Source: Podarcis melisellensis
Lineage: Eukaryota
Direction: 5' to 3' (one strand)
Assembly (NCBI GenBank): GCA_964234715.1
Contig: OZ174283.1
DNA: 64,000 nucleotides
Part shown: piece after piece, positions 1 through 9,844 of the stretch
Layout: every line of letters starts with the position of its first letter
Numbering within the stretch: the stretch's first letter is position 1
Notes under the pieces: generated by a model
What the model was told of the DNA's origin: nothing
Databases searched by the model: none
Seen by the model: the letters and a program-made list of their open reading frames with translations, nothing else
Program-made: the position numbers and the translations under genes

Positions 1-569
1 TAATGAAAATAATTAAACCTCTCATTCCTTGTTTCTTTTCCCAAAATCCCAAGATTTAAAACTTGAATTAAAAACGGGTTCTGAAAGCTTCTTTTAACTG
101 AATCAAAAGAAATGCAAATACCGGTATACACAACTACTTTCTCCTAGAACGGACACTATTGTAAGAATAATATTCAGCACAAACAGCCCCAGAAAAGCAT
201 TACAAACCTCCCAAATTCTATCTTTCTGTAACAATAGTAGGAATTAAGATGTGGATTCTGCAGTCAATAAAAGTCTGCTGCAGGATTCTGGATTGACATC
301 TTCTTTTACACATCAAATTAGGACACTGTTTGGCCTCAAGTCATTTCTGATGCAGCCAATCATTCAGTAGCATTGTTGATGCTACTGAGGAATGTCTCAC
401 ATTTTATAAACAGCCATAAAGGTAAACAGAAGGTAATGTTTAGGCTACGGCCAATAATACTGAATATTTCTATCCATAGAATCATACCAAGGGGTTTTTA
501 AAAAGGGAAAAAAGAAGTGTAAATTCATGAAAAGGCACAAATATGAAGGAAAAGAAAGAAATGAATTAC

Positions 570-634
570 CTTATTCTTATTTTTCATTAGAAAGAGCAGA
601 TTTCCTTTCAGACGACACCATCTCTCTCTTGGCT
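570..634 (-). CDS. INPP4B: Coding exon 2 of the INPP4-type N-terminal PH domain: (E)PRERWCRLKGNLLFLMKNKNK
   Basis: Acceptor cttttgcatgcag| (AG at 636-635) and donor AAG|gtaatt (GT at 569-568). The 65-nt exon is phase-compatible with the phase-1 end of the upstream exon. RWCRLKGNLLF is a PH beta2-beta3 motif (recalled insect INPP4 RWCKLRGNLLFY). The choice of INPP4B over INPP4A is inference. Confidence 0.8.
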
Positions 635-1272
635 CTGCATGCAAAAGCAGCATAGTATTAATAATAATGACGATGATGAAGATAACAATAAATAATACCC
701 TCCTCTCTTCATATATTTCTTCTTAAAGAAGATGCATTTCTAATGACATTTAATGGGGAAGTCATTAATGAAAAATCAGCTTCACTTGGCAGCTGACTTA
801 TAACATGCTGCTAAATGTCAGATTAACTTCCCAGAAGCTTTCAGTTATCCTGCAGCTGACAGAATTAGAGACTGCAGCATACACTCGGTGATGATTTCTT
901 TTGCTTTGTTCCATTTTGCAAAAGGGAACACAGACTGGCTCTTTTGCACGAGACAACCATGCAAACCTTGCTTCAGCAGATGAACCTTACTGGGAAAACT
1001 CAATATTTATTCTTTTCACTGGGTTGTTACAGACTTAATTGATTTATTTTACTCTAAACAACACACATTGTACAGGCAATATTTGGATTATTTTTGTCAT
1101 TTCTAAAAACATCAACACAGTGGTATGAGGACATAAGCACAGGATGGGGTGCTCTGCATGACAAGGTGGGCTAGAATTAAGTTTGTCTTCAGAGATTAAC
1201 ACACTGTGTTAAAAACCAGTGCCAGCCAGAAGCTTCTTAAAGCTGCCCCCCATAAGATAGTGTTCAATATAA

Positions 1273-1635
1273 AAAGGTAAAGGGACCCCTCACAATTAAG
1301 TCCAGTCGCAAATGACTCTGGGGTTGCGGTGCTCATCTCGCTTTACGCCAGTAGGGAGCTGACGTTTGTTCGCAGACAGTTTTTCCAGGTCATGTGGCCA
1401 GCATGACTAAGCCGCTTTTGGTGAAACCAGAGCAGCACACGGAAACGCCGTTTACCTTCCCGCTGGAGCGATACCTATTTATCTACTTGCACTGCCTGCT
1501 TTCAAACTGCTAGGTTGGCAGGAGCTGGGACCGAACAATGGGAGCTCACCTCATCGCGGTGATTCGAATCACCAACCTTTTGATGGGCAAGCCCAAGATG
1601 CACAGTGGTTTAACCCACAGCGCCACCAGTGTCCC
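1273..1635 (-). mobile_element. Sauria SINE, full length
   Basis: tRNA-like head GGGACACTGGTGGCGCTGTGGGTTAAACC and ACCTTT tail. 12-bp TSD tgttcaatataa at 1261-1272 and 1636-1647. Confidence 0.93.
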
Positions 1636-3918
1636 TGTTCAATATAACTAATACCTATTAGAACATCAGAGACTTTTGTCACTTTAAAAGACACTTTAAA
1701 AGTGTAGTGTAGCCCACAAAAACATATGCCATGATAGATTTGCTGGTCTTTAAGGTACCAAAATACCTTATCCAAGTTGACAGGTGTATACTGTATAAAC
1801 ATAGTTGTGTTGGAAGAATAGTTGTAATCAGGAGGGTTACAAGGAAATGAAATGCCGAAAAGACAGACTTGGATATGTTAGAACTCAAATGCATCTGAAA
1901 CCGTTACTGTAACCACTGACAAAGCAAGGTTGAAAACACAAACATCCTGGTATTGGAAAGCTAATTCATGTCCCTAGTGAGTTAAAAAAAAATTAACTTG
2001 ATTCAGGCCACAGGAGATAGAAATGAACTTGATGGGTGGGGTAATAGAAAAATCCAGCTATCTTCAGAAAACTGATCTCCTACATCAGTTATTGCAAAAT
2101 AAATAAAATTTCCATATGCTTCAACTACCTGTTTATCATGAACAGTCCCTATGTCGTAAGCTCTGTTCCATATTTTTGACTTTTGGGAATCCCTTGCTCA
2201 AATATGTTAACAGGCAATACTGTACTACCACTGCCATCTTCCATGGGGTTAAAGCTTCCTCCACATGATCTCTAGAAGTTAAAACTCTGAGTCTACAATC
2301 CCATATTTATTTACCTGGCAGTATAGTAAGTCCTACTGAACCCAGTGGGGTTTCATTCTGATTCAACATGTTTAGGACTGCACTGTGAATGGAGATTGGC
2401 TGTGTCTCAACTCTAGCACACAGTCTAGAGTGAAACAGTCGGTTAGACTACATTTTGTACTGCTGATAATGTATTATCCTTTTGCTAGTAGATGTTTTAC
2501 AGAAAAACAACAATTCTCTTAGCTTGTAAATCACAGGGGTAGGTACAGAGTTCAATGCATAAGGAATGCAGTGGACAATTTACACCAGTATGCAATGGGG
2601 AGCAGGGTGAGGCTTGCAAAATTCTCTTTGGCATGAAATTAGGAGAGTTGCACAGAATGTATTTTTGTCAGTGAAATGTAGGCTGGTATGAATTTCTAGC
2701 ACTGCCAGCAGCAAAAATATGGGGTTCTATCCATTACTGCCTGTGCAGAATTCTGCTCACACAATGTAACTTTCCATTCCTCTCCTCCCCTGCAAGCCCC
2801 CAAAATTTGCTCCAGAGAGTGCTCCAACTCTCTGCAGCAGATTTTGAGGTGGGAGGCTGCAGGACAAGAGAGAAATGAAAAGTTCTGTTGTGGAAGCAGA
2901 AATTTGTAACAAAAGTGGAACAACAGCATTAGGTACAACCCATGGGGTATGATATTTTGTGTAATGCATTCTTTCTAATTTGTCTTGGTTGTTTGCAATG
3001 TATGGGGGTGACTTTATTCTGTTGTTATCTGCTGAAGTGGATTCTTGATACATATATTTTTATTGGTTCTTGGTTATGTTTTGAATTGTGACAGGATGGC
3101 AATGTGCCATTTAATGTATTTGTTGAAATTTCTGTGGGTTGCGAACCACAACATGGAAATGAATGTGGAACAGAGCTAAACAAAGTTAAAATGAAACAAA
3201 AATGAAAAACAGATATGAACATTTCAAGCCCAAATATAGTGATGGTTCCAAAGACAATGACAAGATGGAGTGGTTAGAGGACAACTTTGTACTCTTACTT
3301 GCAACTAAAAAAAACAAAGAGGAAGGTGTGCAAAATAGGCAAATGCATGCAAATTAGTTCAATTTAAGAGGCCACAGAACTCAACTTTTCTTGGCCCAGA
3401 ATTAGGTTAGTTCCATTAAGCGTTTTGACCATCTTGTTGTAGTTGTTAGCATCAAACCAAATGTACTGAGGGAAGAACAAGGGCTGGATGTGAAAATGTG
3501 TAGGCCTTCCCATTCATTTTAGCAGCTCTTTGCACTGCCTGTGCTCCTAAACATGCATAGCACCCAGAAACTAAGCAGAGGCCTGTTTCTCCCCAGCATG
3601 CAGAAAGCATGCAACTTGATAAGTAGTTTGATATAACACACAAGAAGAGAACTTCTCTCATTCCCCTATGTAAATTAATCCAGTTAGCAACCAGCAGCAG
3701 GACTATTACTTTCATCTTTGTTTGCACATACCAGTGAGAGTCTAATCCACCACAGCTATGGCAGAAAAGCAATTACTTAGAAGGTGTTTAGGAGCACTCA
3801 GCCATTAGCAATGAAGAAAACGGATTATACCAGCAAATCTGTGAATACTAAAACAGTCAGCAGACAACAGCTGCCAAACATACGTGCACAGATGATTGCC
3901 AATGCCAACTATTTTTAC

Positions 3919-4030
3919 CTATACGTTTACCATCCCTTAGCATTCTGCATATGGTCAGTTTTCCTTCCTTGTCAAAACAAGATGATGGCCTTCTAGCCAG
4001 AGAAATCAATTCTTTGACATTGTATTGCAT
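3919..4030 (-). CDS. INPP4B: First coding segment of the INPP4-type PH domain: MQYNVKELISLARRPSSCFDKEGKLTICRMLRDGKRI
   Basis: ATG at 4030-4028 within an exon with acceptor ttctgtttttgttttaatgttgcag| (exon start 4129). Donor TAG|gtaaaa (exon end 3919), with an in-frame alternative ATG|gtaaac (exon end 3931). The MxYNxKEL..LA..PS..FDKEG pattern matches the recalled start of invertebrate INPP4 and is related to the PLEKHJ1 start MRYNEKEL. Confidence 0.8.
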
Positions 4031-4129
4031 CTGGCTGATCGTGAAGAAGATGAAGAGGAAACGGATGATAACAGGGATACTAATGAACTGGTTGAAAGTG
4101 AGCAAGATCTTTTCAGCAGACAAGGCCAA
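4031..4129 (-). other. 5' portion (presumed 5' UTR) of the ATG-containing exon
   Basis: Strong polypyrimidine tract with AG at 4131-4130. The 99 nt contain no ATG and are open in the PH frame. Confidence 0.7.
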
Positions 4130-5599
4130 CTGCAACATTAAAACAAAAACAGAAAGGTGTAGTACAAAATTGCATGCTGATGTCTTTCCATAGCTTTTCT
4201 CAGGGTTGCTAGCTAGTTGTTGTTGTTGTTTTAATGTAACTGCCTAGGTGCCTGGGATTTCATGTATCAAGTCATCAATTAAATCTGCATAAGCTTCCAT
4301 ATGAACACAACATTTCTGAGTCAAAAGTCCCCTTCTTTAAATTTTTGGATGATTGCATATCACAGATGGCACTACTTTAGAAGACACATTCCCTTATCTA
4401 CAAAAGAGGAGAAACATATCTTCCAAGATACTGCCTGTCACCTGCAGCTTTGTAAGTGTTCTTATTAGACTATATATATATATATATATACTGTATATAT
4501 ATAGTAGCAGCTTAAAACAGCTAGAGGACAGCAGGTTGAGGGAAAGTGGTCACAAATCCACAGATTTCAATTAGTCTACCTTAAACAGAATACAGCTTTA
4601 TTTCTATAACCACTTACCTGGCAGTAATCCCACTGAACTCCATTGAATGTACGTGTGTGTGTGTATGATTGCTTAATCAATTGCTGAATCTTCTAAAAAA
4701 TGAATTAACTAAAAGGTCATAGTTTTAGTTTTTTCTTGAACTGTAGTTCCTGAGTACAGGCAGTTGTGGGGGTCTTGCTTATCCTAGAGTGAACATCTAA
4801 TATTGCAACAGTCTAGAAGGTCCCTCTAGCGTCCCTCTTTTTACTGCTGAACTACAGCTCCCTTCATCACTGACCATTGTCCATCCTGGCTGGGGCTTAT
4901 GGGAGATGCAGTCCAACAACATCTGGGGAACACTGGGGTTGACATTTACATGGTAGATATCATGTTGCAGAGATCAAGTTTGGCCACTTTTTTTAACAAC
5001 TGGTGCACCATCTTTCTAAAGGCTAAATGTCAGAGACCTTCTAATGTTGTACAATTTCTCAATGGAGCTGTGGCCATCAAAAATATTATTAGGTCTTTAG
5101 AAATAAGACTTATGCTCATCTCCAAACAACAAATATGCTGTTCTGCAACCAGTCTGAATATTTTGTTTAGTAATCCATGCTATTTTACACAACCCCCCCA
5201 CACCCAATTCTTATTACATGTTCCCATTCACACCAGATGTGCCCCTCGGTTTTTGGACATGGTGAATTCAATGCTGATTAAACTCACACAACAGTACTGC
5301 TGCAATCTAATTCACAGCCCTCAAGCCTGCACTTCTTACAACAACCACACTGGGTAATCAATAATGGAACGCCTGGGGTTACATGCAGTTATAACCTTGA
5401 AACAGTGCAAGTCAGGGTCCTAAGAGTTACAAACTAGGAGCCCATAGTTTATTTAGAGCATGGTTTCAAAGGAAAGATCTTTGTAGCTCCAAAATCTAGA
5501 AATGATCTTAATCACTATGGGGAAAAATGACACTCTTGGCTCCAGGTACCATACAGTGGCTGGGTGAGAAAGGATATCTGCAGGTTGATGGAGGCAGAC

Positions 5600-5740
5600 C
5601 AAGGGGCAATCGCTAGTGGATAAAGCATGAGACTCTCAGTATCAGGGTTGTGGATTCAAGTCCTGCATTGATTCCTGCTTTGCAGGGTGTTGGACTAGAT
5701 GACCATTGTGGTCCCTTTCCAATTCTACAATTCTATAATT
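5600..5740 (+). mobile_element. tRNA-derived SINE with CR1-type 3' end
   Basis: tRNA-like head followed by ggactagatgacc...ttccaattctacaattctataatt, a CR1 3' terminus. Confidence 0.65.
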
Positions 5741-6070
5741 GCAGCTGCATATATTATTAGCACATATCTCTTCCCTGATGTAAGCACATTTAGCTTGACA
5801 CCCTCTCTCCCTCCCTCATCAAACGGTAGGGTAAATCAGGTGCTAAAAGACTGAGTAAGATTTCTTCTCTCAACCTGCACTGCCATGGCAGGGTTCTCAC
5901 CTACACTACACTGACCTGATCAAGGGGGAACATGACAACTAAGATAAATTCAGTTCAATATTATAATCACACTGGACATAGACAAAAAATAAGAGCAAAG
6001 AAAGAATGGTGAGCCCCAACCTTCTTGAGCCTCGAGGCACATTTTGAAATCTAATAAACTGTTGTGGGCA

Positions 6071-6427
6071 AAAAGGTAAAGGTAAAGGGACCCCTGAACG
6101 TTAGGTCCAGTTGCGGACGACTCTGGGGTTATGGCGCTCATCTCGCTTTACTGGCTGAGGGAGCTCCGTACAGCTTCTGGGTCATGTGGCCAGCATGACT
6201 AAGCTGCCTCTGGCTGACCAGAACAGCACAGAGAAACACCGTTTACCTTCCCACCAGAGCGGTACCTATTTATCTACTTGCACTTTGACGTGCTTTCGAA
6301 CTGCTAGGTTGGCAGGACCAGGGTCCGAACAATGGGAGCTCACCTTGTTGTGGGGATTCAAACTGCCGACCTTCTGATTGGCAAGCCCAAGGCTCAGTGG
6401 TTTAACCCACAGCGCCATCCGCATCCC
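6071..6427 (-). mobile_element. Sauria SINE, full length
   Basis: Same family as 1273-1635, with (ACCTTT)n tail. TSD ctgttgtgggca at 6059-6070 and 6428-6439. Confidence 0.93.
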
Positions 6428-9400
6428 CTGTTGTGGGCATAACTCTCCACAAAACACATACAACGGGAACAAAAAAAAATGCAACCACCACTCCTGCAAA
6501 GGCCAACTTCACAAATGACCCCTTGCAAAAGGCAAAAGCCTCATGTTAAAATAAAAATAGGAGGAGCAGGGAACCTTGGCAGGTGCCAATGGGAGTGTCT
6601 GTGGGCACTATGCAAACTTCCACTTGAAACCATATAGGTTAGTGAAGGGGGTTTCATCAGACCAGTCTATTGGGCCAACAGGATCAGGAACACCCTTGGA
6701 ACTTCCCTGACCCATACATCCAGAGTTTGTTGGCTCAGCTTAGAAAGGTTGCCTTACATAGGTACACCCTTAGCGTACCAGGAGCTGTGCAAAATGAATT
6801 ATAGGAGGCACTGAGTTGACCGCTTCGGATAAACAGAGTTGAAGTTCCCCAGCAATCTGTATTTGTTAATGGGAAAACTCGCTGGCACAGTTGGATCAGG
6901 TGAAGTAATGTTTTGCTGCAGATCCAAACAATCCTCTTTATTCACTGATGCATCCACAATAATCACACAGTGGAAGCCAAAAACAGTGTTGCGTAAGTGA
7001 GTACTCAAACCAAACTAGAGCAAGCTGTTGAATTTTTTAAAGCTACACCACACTTTATTTGTAAATGTCAGAATCAACAGCTGTCGCCACTAATCAAAAC
7101 GGACAAACATTGCTTTACTGATACAACCCTAGGTCACAGCCACTCATCCTCGCAACATAACTTTATAAAACCACCATTTCCCTATAAAGCAATCACCTTC
7201 TTCTCCCCACCGCAAAAAAATAATAATGAAAAATGCATCCCACTGAGGATCCATATTTCTATAAGAGAATTTGAATAAATAATAAACAGCATTTTGCTGG
7301 TTTAGGATGACTGCCAAGCAGAAGCAGCTTTAAAGTGAAAGCTCAAAGCTATGGCTGCAGGGAGGTCAGCAGTGGCAAAATCAAATGTTCCTGCCTCTTT
7401 TCATGGTGATTTGCATAGTACTAAAATAAAGCTTTGAACATATTCTTCCAAACTTTCATTTTTTCCCCAGGCTGAATACTTGGAATCTCTCTTCAGCACT
7501 CACAGAATCAGATCTCAGTGTTTCAGTGCTCTACTTAGCTGGGTTTAACTCAAAGCAGTTAGATTTGGTATTAACATTACTGCAAATGTACTTTTTAGAT
7601 TGCATAGGTTCTCAGTATCTCATAAGTTTTAACTGTTCTGGTTTTCACTGCCAGTCTATTATGGTCCTCCTGTTGCATGAAACCGATTAGTCATTCATTT
7701 CTTTAAAAACAAACAAACCACTCCAAGACAATTTTGTAGGTACTATGTCCTCACGTGAATCAGCTATCCTTTCCTGCCCAATCTAACTTTGCTTTCAGAT
7801 CAGCAAGTCTTTCATTGGAATCAATCCATTCTCTGTGGACGCAAGTAAATACCCTATGCTAATGATGGATAATATTCCTTTCAATAAATGGTAGCTGAAA
7901 GGTATTGGGCCTAGTCACAACGAGACAAAGTAAATAATATGCTTCTATTTATTCCAAATGGAGAGAAACAACACATGACTTTATCCTTATGTCCAATTTC
8001 TGTTCATACATGCAGCAAACAACTGGTGCAATATAATTACCACCCTAGTAACAAAACACCTACCTAATTCTTGGCCAGTTAGAGTTCAGACAACACAGTT
8101 TGGAATATGCAAGCCAGGTGCTTCAAATCATGTCAGGTGCCCTGAATAAAGGTAAAAACCTGAGTGGATTGAGATTTTTAAAGTCCTCTCAATGTCCCTT
8201 AGTGCTTTCCTCTCAGCTGTACAACCACAGATGAGTTACAAATGATATTAATATGTAGCTCTTCACCACTTCAAGATTAAGAGAAAAATGTAAACAGCTG
8301 AAACTATTTCCGACTGCATTACGAAGAAACCTTTTAAATGGTCAAAGCATACATAAAATTAAAAATGTTAGGCAAGCTGTGAGATTATTGAACATTTTAA
8401 AACGCTATGGTTTGATTGTGATCTATTTAAATTGCCAGAAGATATGGAGTAGCGTGTCATGTTAATGGAGACAAAGTACAAAATTTTAGAGTATTTTCTA
8501 CAGTCCAGTAAGATTATGTTCAGAGAAACTGATGAAAATTAAGACTTCCTTCCACTTATTGAAGAAAGGAGTAATCTTGGCATAGGATTTTCTAAGCTTC
8601 AGAACAGCATGTGGGTTTGACTGCAGACGGATATCCTTCATAAAGGAAAAAGGTGCCTGATCTAGCACACTTAAAGCCCTAGATCACAACATTCAAACAT
8701 ATGAAGACATCCAAAGGGGAATTTAAGACATGTAACAGTATAATCCACATATCTTCAGTTTGCTCCTGTGCTACGTAGTGGTATGATGTACCAAACACAA
8801 GCAGGAGGAGAAGAGAAATTGCAACACACATTTCAAAAACAAGCAAAAGATTTCTGGAAGTTCCATTTATTTATTGGATCTTTATATACACCATTTGCCC
8901 TATGCTCACAGAATGGTGTACAACAAATTAAAATGCACCAATATATATTTCTGAAAATCAGTAGAAATATCCTCATCCTTAACTAAAAAAAGAGAAGATA
9001 GCATAAAATAGAAGCAAACTGACCTCAGTGAATCACGCCACCTTCCCTCCAAAGGCCTAGAGAAAGAGGCATGTCTTCCTCTGCTTCTTGAAAGAATATA
9101 ACAGTGAGGTGAGAAGACACACCTCGGTGAGATCATTCCCAAAATTTAGAGCTGTTGAGAAGACTCTGTTGCAATGCTGTCAATAGCAATTTGTCACTTC
9201 TTCTGATGGCTAAAGGTTTACCATCACTGATTACCATCACTTTTATTAATTTTCTATTTAGGTTTGTTTCATTGTCAGTTTATATTAAATACAACTTTAC
9301 CTGTTCAATCTGCATTACACTCTCTTTCTCCCCGCCCCCCATCTCTCATTTATATTCCATATGTTTGTCTCATTTTCAATTCAACTGTCCAAATAAATAA

Positions 9401-9500
9401 AAGGAAAGCTAAATGCAGAAGGGTCAGAGCATCTGAAGTAGCAATCGAGTCATGGGGGTAGGACAGAGAGAAAGTCAGTGCAGGGAGAAAGAAGGACAAG

Positions 9501-9751
9501 GAGAGCCAGTGTGGCATAGAGGTTAAGAGCAGTAGACTCGTAATCTGGGGAACCGGGTTTGCGTCTCCGCTTCTCCACATGCAGCTGCTGGGTGACCTTG
9601 GGCTAGTCACACTTCTCTGAAGTATCTCAGCCCCACTCACCTCACAGAGTGTTTGTTGTGGGGGAGGAAGGGAAAGGAGAATGTTAGCCGCTTTGAGACT
9701 CCTTCAGGTAGTGATAAAGCAGGATATCAAATCCAAACTCTTCTTCTTCTT
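9501..9751 (+). mobile_element. Squam3-like tRNA SINE with (CTT)n tail
   Basis: Head gagagccagtgtgg..ggttaagagc and (CTT)n tail. Highly similar to the copies at 14053-14348 and 15066-15314. Confidence 0.85.
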
Positions 9752-9794
9752 CAAGGGCAATGCTTATCGGGGGGACGGACCTGTTGCCCTTTCA

Positions 9795-9795
<1 letters not shown>

Positions 9796-9843
<48 letters not shown>
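9796..9843. repeat. (TAT)n microsatellite
   Basis: Read directly from the sequence. Confidence 0.95.

Positions 9844-9844
<1 letters not shown>

Noticed and set aside
570-4030. Assignment of the PH exons to PLEKHJ1 or PHETA/sesquipedalian
   Set aside because: The start is related, but the PS..FDKEG and RWCRLKGNLLF motifs and the large introns fit INPP4 better. Not formally excluded without a search.
3990-4141. Acidic, protein-looking plus-strand frame (DIVLHLADREEDEEETDD...)
   Set aside because: It is the antisense shadow of the pyrimidine-rich minus-strand exon, has no start or partner exons, and the minus strand explains the region better.
4610-4640. Perfect minus-strand donor CAG|GTAAGT about 480 nt upstream of the ATG exon
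   Set aside because: It is part of a common short palindromic repeat (relatives at about 2290-2385, 15960-16035, 31950-32045 and 33105-33195), with no matching acceptor evident.
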